This document shows positions 10,900-23,265 of a stretch of DNA of 64,000 bases, one piece after another. Both the position numbers and the translations under genes were made by a program. The DNA is from Squalus acanthias (Eukaryota): NCBI GenBank assembly GCA_030390025.1, contig CM059431.1, positions 134,294,001-134,358,000 of the forward strand, in the 5' to 3' direction. How positions within the stretch are numbered: position 1 is the first letter of the stretch; each line of letters begins with the position of its first letter. A model generated the notes under the pieces. It had not been told where the DNA came from. It was given only the letters and a program-made list of their open reading frames with translations, and searched no databases.

Positions 10900-11585
10900 G
10901 AAGCATAAAAGATAGGAGCAGGAGTAGGCCATTCGGCCCCTCGAGCCTGCTCCGCCATTTAATGAGATCATAGCTGATCATCCAAATTCAGTACCCTGTC
11001 CCTGCTTTCTCTCCATATCCCTTGATCCCTTTAGCCTTAAGAAATATATCTATCTCCTTCTTGAATATATTTAATGAATTGGCCTCAACTGCCTTCTGTG
11101 ATAGAGAATTCCACAGGTTCACCACTCTCTGGGTGAAGAAATTCCTCCTCATCTCAGTCCTAAATGGCTTACCCCTTATCCTTAGACTGTGACCCCTGGT
11201 TCTGGACTCCCCCGCCATCGGAAACATCCTTCCTGCATCTAGTCTGTTCAGTCCTGTTAGAATTTTATAAGTTTCAATGAGATCCCCTCTCATTCTTCTA
11301 AACTCTAGCGAATATAAGCCTAATCGACCCAATCTCTCTTCATATGTCATTCCTGCCATCCCAGGTATCAGTCTGGTAAATCTTCGCTGCACTCCCTCCA
11401 TGGCAAGAACATCCTTCCTCAGATAAGGTGACCAAAACTGCACACAATACTCAAGGTGTGGTCTCACCAAGGCCTTGTACAACTGCAGCAAAACATCCTT
11501 GCTCCTGTACTCGAATCCTCTCGCTATGAAGGCCAACATACCATTTGCCTTCTTAACCGCCTGCTGCACCTGCATGCTTACCTTA
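10900..11585 (-). mobile_element. CR1 LINE 3' end
   Basis: ORF 10988-11575: LVRPHLEYCVQFWSP, RRMRGDLIETYKI, FFTQRVVNLWNSL, followed by the CR1 3' UTR. Confidence 0.92.
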
Positions 11586-12011
11586 CCACTGATGTTAGAC
11601 TGACTGGCCTGTAGTTACCAGGTTTATCCCTCTCCCCTATTATGAATAGACGTGTAACATTTGCAATCCTCCAGTCCTCAGGCACCACTCCCATATCCAA
11701 GGAGGATTGGAAGATTGTGGTCAAAGCTTCTGCCATCTTCCCTCAGCAACCTAGGATGCATCCCTATCTGGACCAGGTGACTTGTTAACTTTGAGTGATG
11801 CCAACCTATTTAGCACCTCCTTTATATCTATTTTTATCTATGAATTATTTCTACATCCTCCTCCTCTATTCCAACATTAACAGCATCCTCTTTTTTGAAG
11901 ACAGATGCAAAGTACTCATTCAGTGCCTTAGTCATGGCTTCTGCCTCCACAAGCAGATTTCCTTTTTAGTCCCTAATTGGCCACACCTTTAACTATCCTT
12001 TTACCTTTTTA

Positions 12012-12273
12012 CAGTAAACTCTTTCTTATCCGGCACCTATGGGACCAGGATGGTGCCGGTTGATGAAAAATTCTGGATAACAGAGAGGTATACCTACCAA
12101 GGCAATTTTTAACACAAACAAAAATAAAAACCACTGACTAACTCGGCCACCGCGGGAGACTTGGACTCGGCAAAACGAGTGCTGGATGGATTCAGCAAGA
12201 TTACCGGTTATCTATTTTGCCGGTTATTAAAGTATTCCGGATGATTAAGTGCCGTTTAAACAAGAGTTTACTG
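12012..12273. mobile_element. Tc1/mariner (pogo/Tigger-like) MITE inserted in an old CR1
   Basis: TIR CAGTAAACTCT...AGAGTTTACTG, flanked by TA on both sides. Confidence 0.85.
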
Positions 12274-12708
12274 TAATATGTTCATTAAAAAAATTTAGGT
12301 TCCTTTTTGTGTTACCACTAATCTCTTTTCATATTTTCTTTTTGCCCTTATGTACTTTTTCAATTTCCCCCTGCAATTTCTGTATTCTGCCAGGTTTTCT
12401 ATTTTATTCTGTATCTGACATTAAATCTTAACAACACAAACGTAGGTATGAGGGGCAAGTTGGCTAAGATAGAGTGGTCGCACAGATTTGGTCATAAAAG
12501 GAGTGCAGCATAAACAGAGTGTGAAAGTTGGGAATTTGGTGAGAGTGTGAATTTGGTGCAGAGGGGGAAGGAGGTGTTGCTTTTTGCCTCCAATACTTGT
12601 AGTGGTTCCTGTTACAGGTAAATATTTAATTTAATCTCCTTTAACTTAAACTAGGTCAAGTAATTAGTTAAAAAACTAAAAACTAAAGCTAAGTTGATTA
12701 AATATATA

Positions 12709-13603
12709 GGGGGAGAAATTCAGTATCGCCCCATTTGGGACGCAATTATCGGCCGGGCGCAAAGATTAGCGCCTGGCGCTAATTATCGCCTCCGACTGCA
12801 AACTTGGCTTTTATCGCCCCTGGAGGTGATTGGAGTGCTAAATCAAGTGCTACACACCTGTCTTAAGGCGCAAAGGCCGAGGAGCAAGGCGCTAACTTAG
12901 AGCGCTGGCGAAGCTTATGTGATGTCAGTCAGCAATGGAACACAGACACAATGGCGCCGGCCAGTTCTTAAAGGGGAGGGTTGATCTTGCTCTCCATCCA
13001 CATCCTACTCATTGCAGCCTTGAATCTCAGCCTGGAGAGACCTGTGCATCAAATCTGCTGGAAAGAACAATGGAGAGGCCATGGTAAAGAGCTCAGAGTG
13101 CAGCCCCCACAATCTCCTCTAAATTGATACAAGGAAGGGCAAATCAAAATGAACCTGCAAAGTGCTGCTCAGTACCCAAAACTCCTTCACACAGCGTTGA
13201 ATCTCTACAGAAGTCTCTCTCTCTCTCTCTCTCAGAATGCGTGGTGCAAAAATGTCACCAACAAAAAAAGGCAGGAAGTGGTCACCTTTAAATAGCGCTC
13301 CCCCAGTCTCTTCCTGACTGCAAAACACTCCCCTCAACTTGTCATTGCTAGCGGCAAGCGGTAAGGCAGAGGGCGCCACTCAATATCCAGTCCGGGGCGC
13401 TACCGGGGCGTTGCGCACTCGACTGACGTCACGATCTGCCGACGCAGGAGATCGTGGTGGTAGTGTTTAGTGCTACCGCAAAATGTCTCGTTAATTTCAT
13501 GAGCGGCGCAAACATCGCCGCCCACAGGCGCTAGTTGCTTTGCGCCCCATTAGCGCCCTCTTAAGGCGCTAACGGGAGGCGCAAACCAACTGAATTTTCC
13601 CCC
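12709..13603 (-). mobile_element. Non-autonomous internal-deletion derivative of the 2076-6291 Harbinger
   Basis: Both ends are homologous to the copy-2 ends. GGGGGAGAAATT...AATTTTCCCCC termini; ATA TSD. Confidence 0.9.
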
Positions 13604-15320
13604 ATAAACTTTAATTCATTAAATAAATAAAACAAGGTTAGATAGGGATGGCAATGCAGGAGGCATGCTGCAACTGCAGCATGTGGGAGTTTGTGGAGAG
13701 CATCACGATCCAGGACAACCAGATCTGCAGTAAGTGCCTGCATCTCGAGGAACTTCAGCTCAGAGTTGTTGAGCTGGAGTCTGAGATGCAGACATTGTGG
13801 GGTATTAGGGAGGGGGAGAGTTATCTGGATACTTTGATCCAGGAGGCAGTCACACCCTTAGGTTAGGTAGTGGTACAGGTCTGGTTAGTGGTCAGGGACA
13901 GGAGGGTGTGAATGCGAGTCAGGCAGGTATGGGAACCCCAGGTGCAGTGCTGGAGGAGCCTCAGCCTTTGCCCTTATCCAACAGATATAAGATTCTTGCT
14001 GCCTGTTTGGATGAGGGCAAAGTCTGCAGGGTGGTTGAGCAAACTGACCACGGCACCGTGGTACAGGAGGCTATTCAAGTGGGGGGAGTAAAATGAATTT
14101 TGTAGTGGTAGGGGATAGTATAGTCAGGGGTATAGATACTGTTCTCTGCAGCCGTGACCAGGAGTTCCAAAGAATGTGTTGCCTCCCGCTGCCAGGGTTA
14201 AGGATATCTCCTCACGGTTGGAGAAGAACTTGGAGTGGGAGAGGGAAGATCCAGTTGTCGTGGTCTACGTAGGAACCAATGACATAGGTAGAACTAGGAA
14301 TGAGGTTCTGCTGAGAGAGTTTGAGGAGCTTGGTTTGAAATTAAAACACAGAACCTCATAGGTAATAATCTCAGGATTGTTACCTGAGCCATGCGTAAAT
14401 TAGCATAGGGACAAACAGATTAGAAGGTTAAATGCGTGCCTCAGAGTGGTGTGAGAGGCAGGGGTTATGCTTCATGGAGCACTGACATCAGTACTAGGGA
14501 AAGAGGGAGCTGTTCGTTGGGACGGGCTCCACTTAAACCGGGCTGAGACCAGTGTCCTGGCAAATTGAATAACTAGGGCGGTAGATATATAGGGCTTTAA
14601 ACTAATAAAGGGATGGTTGGGAGGATTCAGGAAGGGGTAAATTCAAAAGCAGTAACATAAATCTCAAAGCTGTAGAGCAGAGTAGAGATTTCGGTAAAAA
14701 TAAGCAGAATGGATTATGAAGGGACAGCTTAGCACAGGTATTAGGGCATTAGTGACTAAGGTGGCATCAGGGAAAAATAGATAAAAGTTAAAGCTAAAGG
14801 CACTATATCTGAATATTCGCAACAAAATAGATGAATTAATAACAGAGTTAGAATTAAGTGGGTTTGATCCAATGGCCATTACGGAGACGTGGTTGCAGAG
14901 TGACCAAGGTTGGGAACTAAATATTCCAGGATACTTGACTTTAAGAAGAGACAGGTAGAATGGAAAATGAGGTGGGGTAGCCCTGATAATAAAGGATGGG
15001 ATAAAGTCAGTAGAGAGAAAGGAACTTAGCTCGAAAAATCAAGAAGTAGAATCACTTTGGGTGGAGCGAAGAAACAAGGGGCAGAAAACACTGGTGACCG
15101 TAGTTTATAGGCCCCGTAACAGTAGTTGTAGTATCGGGCACAGTATAAATCAGGAAATTAGAGTTGCATGTAACAAGGATAATGTAGTAATCATGGGAAC
15201 TTTAATTTTCATATAGACTGGGCAAACCAAATTTTCAGTAATAATGCAAAGGAAGAGTTCATGGAATGCATTCAAGACAGTTTTCTAGATCAGTATGGTG
15301 AGGAACCAACTAGGGAATGG

Positions 15321-16072
15321 GGGGGCGAAATTCATTATCTCCCTGTTTGGGGGCGGTAACTTCTGAAAGCTGGGAAACTTTGCGCCAGGCGCTAATGATT
15401 CCCAGCTTTCACGAAATTGGGTTTAGCGCTCCAGGAAGGAAGTGGAGCGCTACACTCCTCTTCCTTCCTGGAGCGCTAAGGGATGCAGGTGGGGCGGTAG
15501 TCATGCAGCGCTGCACAATGGGCCGTGCAGCGCTGCCGCGTTCCGAGGCTCTTTCCCTCCCTTAAAGGGAAAGGCCATTGCTGCAGGCTCTGCATTGGGA
15601 CCAGTTAGCTGGTTCCCAACGGCGACCGCAATCCGGCTCGATCAGCCCCATGCACTCCAGCAGAGTGCCGGGCCGATCGATCGTGACCCAGGAGAAGTAA
15701 AAAAAATTGAACAAAAACATTTCAGAAATTTAGGTACTTACCTTAGCAACCTCCCCTTTAACTTTCGCCCCCGAAGCGCCCGGCCTCCCGATCAACACCT
15801 CCTGCAGCTGTCGGTATCGTCGCCCGGTGATGCTGCAGGGGACAGAACTGAAGTTCAGGTCCAGGGCGCCACCGGGGCGATGCGCACGGCAATGACCTCA
15901 CGATCTCCGGGTGAAGGAGATCGTGGCGCAAATTCTTACTGCCTCCGCAAACCTCTCACCGAAGTTCACGGGAGATGGTCATCTCGCCGCGCCCAGGCGG
16001 TAAGTCATTAGCGCCCCGTTATTGCCCCCCAGGGGCACTAACAGGAGGCGCTAACCCACCGAATTTCTCCCC
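15321..16072. mobile_element. Harbinger-type MITE
   Basis: GGGGGCGAAATT...AATTTCTCCCC termini with TAGCGCC-rich subterminal regions. It interrupts CR1 at CCAACTAGGGAA^..GGCTATT. Confidence 0.85.
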
Positions 16073-16150
16073 AGGCTATTTTAGATCTAGTATTATGCAA
16101 TGAGACAAGGTTAATTACTGTTTTCTTGCCCAAACTTTGTTTCCAGTCCA

Positions 16151-17727
16151 CATAAGAACATAAGAAATAGGAGCAGGAGTAGGCCATTCGGCCCTTCGAG
16201 CCTGCTCCGCCATTCAATGAGATCATGGCTGATCTTCTGCCTCAACTCCATTCACCGGCACTATTGCATTATCCCTTGATGCCCTTACTAGTCAGAAATC
16301 TATCGACTTCTATTTTGAATATACCCAATGACTGAGCCTGCACAGCCCTCTGGGGTAGAGAATTCCAAAGATTCACCACCCTCTGTGTGAAGAAATTTCT
16401 TCTCATCTCAGTCCGGAATGGCCTACCCTTTATCCTGAGGCTGTGGCCCCTGGTTCTAGACTCCCCAGCCAAGGGAAACATTCTCTCAGCATCCATCCTA
16501 TCAAGCCCTGTAATACTTTTATATGCTTCAATGAGATCCCCTCTCATTCTTCTGAATTCAAGAGAATACAGGCCTAGTTTACTCAATCTCTTCTCATACG
16601 ACAGTCCTGCCATCCCAGGAATCAATCTCGTGAACCTTCGTTGCACTCCCTCTATGGCAAGTATATCCTTCCTTAGTTAAGGAGACCAAAATTGTACACG
16701 GTACTCCAGGTGTGGTCTCACCAAGGCCCTATATAATTGGAGTAAGACTTCTTTAGTCCTGTACTCAAATCCTCTTGTAATGAAGGCCAGCATACTATTT
16801 GCCTTCCTAATGGCTTGCTGCACCTGCACATTCACTTTCAGTGACTCATGTACAAGGACACCCAAGTCCCTTTGAGCATCTGCATTCCCCAATCTTTCAC
16901 CATTCCGGAAATACTCTGCCTTTCTGTTTTTTCTACCAAAGTGGATAACTTCACATTTATCCACATTATATTCCATCTGCCATGTTCTCGCCCACACACT
17001 AAGCCTGTCGAGATCCCCTTGAAGCCTCTTCACATCCTCTTCACAACTGACACTGACACCTAGCTTTGTATCATCAGCAAATTTGGAAATGTTACATTTA
17101 ATCCCCTCATCCAAATCATTGATATAGATTGTGAATAGCTGGGGCCCAAGCACCGATCCTTGCGGTACCCCACTAGTCACAGCCTGCCATCCTGAAAAAG
17201 ACCCGTTTATCCCTACTCTTTGTTTTCTGTCTGTTAACCAATTCTCAATCCATGCTAGTATATTACCCCCAATTCCATGTGCCCTAATTCTATTCACCAA
17301 CCTCTTGTGTGGGACCTTATCGACGGCCTTCTGAAAATCCAAATACACCACATCTACCGGTTCCCCTTTGTCTACTCCACTAGTTACATCCTCAAAGAAC
17401 TCCAATAGGTTTGTTAAACAGGATTTCCCTTTCATAAATCCATGTTGATGCTGCCCAATCTTACTATTAGTCTCTAAGTGCCCAGTTATTGCATCCTTTA
17501 TAATAGATTCCAGCATTTTCCCAACTACTGATGTGAGGCTAACAGGTCTGTAGTTCCCCGTTTTCTCTCTCTCTCCTTTCTTAAATAGCGGGGTTACATT
17601 TGCTATCCTCCAATCTGCAGGAACCGTTCCAGAATCTATAGAATTTTGGAAGATGACAACCAATGCGTCCACTATCCCAATGGCCACCTCTTTCAAAACA
17701 CTAGGATGTAGGTCATCCGGTCCACCT
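16151..17727 (-). mobile_element. CR1 LINE, young 5'-truncated copy (RT and 3' end)
   Basis: ORF 16677-17735: [25 protein letters not shown]. Confidence 0.95.
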
Positions 17728-20718
17728 AGAATCATAGAATGGTTACAGCACAGAAGGAGGCCATTTGGCCCGTCGAGCCCTATGCTAGATTCCTTCTCAA
17801 ATCACTGAAATTGGCTCTCTTCCAGTTGGAAATTTTCACCATTGATTTTTCTTCGTCTCTTTCCGTAACTACTTTAATCCTAATTATTTTATGATCACTA
17901 TTACCCAGATGTGCTCATAGGAACATTTTAGGTCCAAAGTGGAGTAGGCCATTGAGCCCCTTGAGCCTGTTCCGCCATTCAATGGTATCATGGCTGATCT
18001 GTGACCTAACTTCATCTACCTGCCTTTGGCCCACATCTCTTAATACCTTTGGTTAACAAAAAACTATCAATGTACGATTTAAAATTAACAATTGATCCAG
18101 CATCAATTGCCGTTTGCGGAAGAGAGTTCCAAATGTCTACCACCCTTTGTGTGTAGAAGTGTTTTCTAATTTCACTCCTGAAAGATCTGGCTCTAATTTT
18201 TAGACTATGTCCCCTAGTCCTAGAATCCCCAACCAGCGGAAATCTCTATCTACCCTAGCTGTTCCCCTTAATATCTTGAAAACTTCGATCAGATCACCCC
18301 CAACCTTCTAAATTCTAGGGAATACAACCCTAATTTGTGTAATCTCTCCTCGCAACTTAACCTTTGAAATCTGGGTATCATTCTGGTAAACCTACCACTC
18401 CCTCCAAAGCCAATATATCCTTCCTAAGGTGTGGTGCCCAGAACCACTCACAGTACTCCAGGTGTGGTCTAACCAGTGTTTTGTACAGCTGCAGCATAAC
18501 TTCTACCCCCTTGTATTCTAGTCCTCTAGATATAAAGGCCAGCATTCCATTAGCCTTTTTGATCATTTTCGATACCTGTTCATGACATTTTAATGATCTA
18601 TGTACCTGGATCCCCCCAAGTCTCTTTGGACTTCGATTGTTTTTAGCTTTTCACCATTTAGAAAGTACCCTGTTCTATCCTTTTTAAGTCCAAAGTGGAT
18701 GACCTCACATTTGCCTACATTGAAATCCATTTGCCACAGTTTTGCCCATTCACTGAATCTGTCGATATCCCTTTGTAATTTTATGATTTCATCTACACTG
18801 CCTACAATCCCACGTATCTTTGTGTCATTGGCAAATTTGGATATATGACTTTCTATGCCATCATCTAAGTCGTTAATAAATACTGTGAATCGTTGAGGCC
18901 CAACACAGATCTCTGTGGGACACCACTAGTCACATTCTGCCAATTTGAGTACCTACCCATCATCCCTACTGCCTGTCTCCTGCCGCTCAGCCAATTTTTT
19001 AACCAGGTCAATAATTTGCCCTCAATTCCGTGGGCTTCTACCTTAGTTAACAGTCTCTCATATGGGACTTTATCAAATGCCTTCTGGAAGTCCATATAAA
19101 TATCACAGATAGACATTCCCCTGTCCAATACTTTAGTCACCTCCTCAAAAAATTTAATCAGGTTTGTCAGGCATGACCTACCTTTCACAAATCCATTCTG
19201 GTTCTCTCTGATCAACTGAAAATTTTCGAGGTGTTCAGTCAGCCTATCCTTAATTACAGACTCTAGCAATTTTCCAACAACAGATGTTAGGCTAACTGGC
19301 CTATAATTCCCTGGTTTCCCCTCTCTCGCCATTCTTAAATAGCGGAGTGACATGCACAATTTTCCAATCTAAAGAACGGTTCCTGAATCGAGAGAACTTT
19401 GGAAGATTATAGTTAGGGCATCTGCAATGTACTCACCTACTTCCTTTAAAGCCCTGGGATAGAAGCCATCTGGTCCTGGGGATTTGTCACTCTTTAGTGC
19501 ATTATTTTCTTCATTACTGTTATTTTACTTGCGTTAATTTTATTGAGTCCCTGTCTATTGTAAATACTGATGCAAAGTAATTACTCAACATGTCCGCCAT
19601 TTCCTTATTATCATTGACAATATTCCCGCTTTCAGTTATTAAGGGGCCAATATTGCTCCTGATTACCCTCTTTTTCCTAATATAAAATTGTAAGAATTCT
19701 GTGTTGGTTTTGATATCCTTTACAAGTTTCTTTTCATACTCCCTTTTTGTAGCTTTTATTGACTGTTTTGTGACCCTTTGCTGTTCTTTGTATCTTTTCC
19801 ATTCGCCAGCATCTGTGCTATTTTTGTATGCTTTTTCTTTTAGTTTCATGATGTCCCTCACCTCTTTAGTCACCCATTGCTTTGTTTTTGGCAAGTAGAG
19901 TTCTTGCCCCTCAGGGGTATAAACTGGTTCTGTATCACCTTGAATTATTTTTTGAACATCTCCCACTGGTTGTCTGTCATTTGACCCATTAACAGATTTG
20001 CCCAGTTTACTGTGGACAGTCTCTGTCTCATACTGTTGAAGTCGGCCTTACCCAAATCTAGAATCTTAGTAGCTGTTTCGCGTTTCTCCCTTTCAAACAA
20101 GGGTTGAACACGTTGAACTCGATCATGTTATGATCGCTATTGGATAAATGTTCATGCACAGTTAGGCTGTTAACTAAATCTGGCTCATTTCTCATTACTA
20201 AATCTAATATGGCTTGCCCCCTTGTTGCCTCTAGGACATATTGTTGCAGAAAACTACCCCAGACACACTCAAGAAATTCACTACCTTTCTGGCAGGTGCT
20301 TGTCCGCGTTTCTCAATCTATATGAAAGTTAAAAATCTTCCATTAAAATCACTCTGCCTTTGCTTCACTGCTGCTACCAGGAGGCCTATACACAACTCCC
20401 GCTACAGTCTTAAATCCTTTCCTATTTCTTAATTCTACCCATAAAGTCTCCACTGCCTGCTTACTGCTCATGATATCCTCTCATATCATTGAAGTGATTT
20501 CATCCTTAATCACTGAGGCTATTCCTCCCCCTCTGCCATTTTCCTTATCTTTCCTATAGATCTTATAACCTGTATTTAGTTCTCAGTTCTGACCGTCTTG
20601 CAGCCATGTCTCAGTAATGGCTACCATGTCATACCCTACAATTTGAATTTGCGCCTGCAGTTCATTCAATTTATTCCTTATACTCTGTGCGTTTGTAAAA
20701 AGAACACTTACTTGGGCC

Positions 20719-21940
20719 TGTAGGGGGTGGTGTTTTTGTGTCAGCTTTACCTCTGACTTCTGAGCGGTTCGAATCGCTCCCACTCCCTTGGTCTAGACCT
20801 TGGACTTATTCGGGGGTTGTGATACAAAAGGTGCAGCAGACAATTGAGTTTGATGAAAGAACTTCAATCTTTATTCAAGAAAGTAAAACACAACACAAAC
20901 ACTCTTAACACTCTAAAAGTCGGGAACACTTCAGTACAAGCAAGGGAAATAACATTAGGAGAATACTTCACCCCTCCCAATCCCACTTCACTAGCTAGGT
21001 TGGACTCTGGAGAACCAGGGATAATGCTCACCAAACGAATCCTTGACAGTTGAGAGTTAGAGTTTAGAGTCTTTTGAGTAAAAAGTTTCGTAAGGCCCTT
21101 GTTGCCGCGAGGTGTCCGATGGTCACTGAGGCGGTCGCTCTGGTCTCTTCTTGCGTGTCGGCCTACTTCTGGAGCTGTTGGCCTGCTTTGTTGAACTTCT
21201 TTCTGTTGAACTCTGCCTCTGTTTAAACTGTCTTCTTCCGAGCTGTGGAACTTCCTTCTTGCAGAACTGTGGAACTGCCTTCAGTTGAACTTGAACTGTT
21301 GTTACTGGAGAACTCGAACTTGTAACTGTTGTAACTGCTTGATGGGCCTTCAATTGTACTAAATTGAAGTGGCCTTATCTACCCCAAATCCCGGTCATTG
21401 TAAGACCTCATTAACAGTAACGACTTTACTAGCGCGTTAACTGGTTTTGTAAATGTGTGAAGTGGTTTCAGGATAGCTCCATCCTGTCGATCTGTTGTTT
21501 AATCGGAGTTTGAATTGTCCTCATGTTTTGGGTTTCTTGACTGGGTCTAGGACTTCTATAGAATATTTGCTTTATGCATGTCTTTAATGGGTTCTGTAAA
21601 CAGTTTTGATGGGGCCTGTTGTTTTGGGTGGGACTGTCTTCTCCTAGGGTCTATTGTCAAAATGTTAATGCCTGCTGGGGCTTTGAGTGAGGTCATCCCG
21701 GTTCCCCAGACAATGCAATTAACTGCAATACCCAAAACAGCTTTTACAGAGGTCGTTCCCAACTTCCTTCACAGCCTTTTCTCCCTTTACAGGCCCAGAC
21801 ATGTTTTTAAAATGCCAAAACTTGTTTTTTGATCTTACAGTCTCTTAGGTTAGGCCCAAATACAATATTATCACTCTGAGGTAGTTCCAAAGTCCTTTTT
21901 CCTTAGGTTTTGGGGATCTGTACATTTTGGAAACCTGACA
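20719..21940 (-). mobile_element. Solo LTR (1222 bp), Gypsy- or ERV-type
   Basis: TGTAGG...CCTGACA termini. 4-bp TSD GGCC at 20715-20718 and 21941-21944. AATAAA on the minus strand near 20870. No coding sequence. Confidence 0.8.
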
Positions 21941-23156
21941 GGCCTCACACCCTAGGTTGTCCTTCAGCTCTAATGTTTTACTCACTTGTTTCTTATTTCT
22001 CTCTCCTACTTTAAACACTTTACATCTTTTAGTTTTCCCTTTATCTGTAGTGCCTAAAGCACAATTTCTGATTGTTACTCTCCTCTCTTCCCTTTTGCTT
22101 GTTTTTGAACTACTATTTATACTACAATTCCCACCTGAGCTCTCCCCCTATTTACTACTTTAAAGTACTTGTGACCGCCCTATTTATCCTTTCCGCTAGG
22201 ACCCTGGTCCCAGACCGGTTCAGGTGGAGCCCGTCCCAATAGTACAGTTCCTTCCTGTCCCAATACTGGTGCCAGTACCCTATGAAACGGAACCCCTCTT
22301 TCCCATACCACTCCTTTAGCCACGTGTTCACGTCCCTTATCTGCTTAACCCTACGCCAATTTGCACGTAGCTCAGGTAATCCTAGAATCATAGAAATTTA
22401 CAGCACAGATGGAGGCCATTCGGCCCATCTTGTCTGTGCCTGCCGACAAAGAGCTATCCACCCTAATCCCACTCCCCAGCTCTTGGTCCGTAGCCTTGTA
22501 GGTTACGGAACTTCAAGTGCATATCCAAGTACTTTTTAAATGTGATGACGGTCTCTGCCTCTACCACCCTTTCAGGCAGTGAGTTCCAAACCCCCACCAC
22601 CCTCTGGGTGAAAAAATGTCTCCTCAAATCCCCTCTAAACCTCTGACCAATTACTTTAAATCTATGCCCCCTGGTTATTGACACCTGCTAAGGGAAATAA
22701 GTCCTTCCTATCCACTCTATCTAGGCCCTCATAACTTTATACACTTCAATTAGGTCCCCCCTCAGCCTCCTCCGTTCCAATGAAAACAACCCCAGTCTAT
22801 CCAATCTTTCCTCATAGCTAAAATTCCCCAGCCCAGGCAACATCCTTGTAAATCTCCTCTGCACCCCCTCTGGTGCAATAACAACCTTCCTGTAATGTGG
22901 TGACCAGAACTGCACGCAGTATTCTAGCTGTGGCCTAACTAGTGTTTTATACAGTTCAAGCATAACCTGCCTGCTCTTATATTCTATGCCTCAGCTAATA
23001 CAGGCAAGTATCCCGTATGCCTTCTTAACCACCTTATCTACCTGTCCTGCTACCTTCAGGGATCTGTGGACATGCACTCCAAGGTCCCTCTGATTTTCTG
23101 CACTTCTCAGTGTCCTACCATTTATAGTGTATTCCCTTGCCTTGTTAGCCCTCCCT

Positions 23157-23260
23157 CACTAGAAAGAGTCACCACAAGACACATTCACTAGAAGGAGACA
23201 CCACGGGACACATTCACTAGAAGGAGACACCACGGGACACACTCACTAGAAGGAGACACA
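23157..23260 (+). repeat. 29-bp tandem repeat (about 3.5 units) at the RTE 5' end
   Basis: Unit CACTAGAAGGAGACACCACGGGACACATT. Confidence 0.9.
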
Positions 23261-23265
23261 TTATA

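Larger units (their letters stand above)
12500..16115 (+). mobile_element. CR1 LINE 5' half (5' UTR, ORF1 Cys-rich/SGNH esterase, start of ORF2), interrupted by two Harbinger derivatives
   Basis: CCNCSMWE...CSKC, VGTNDIG, and decayed endonuclease motifs from about 14790. Confidence 0.85.
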
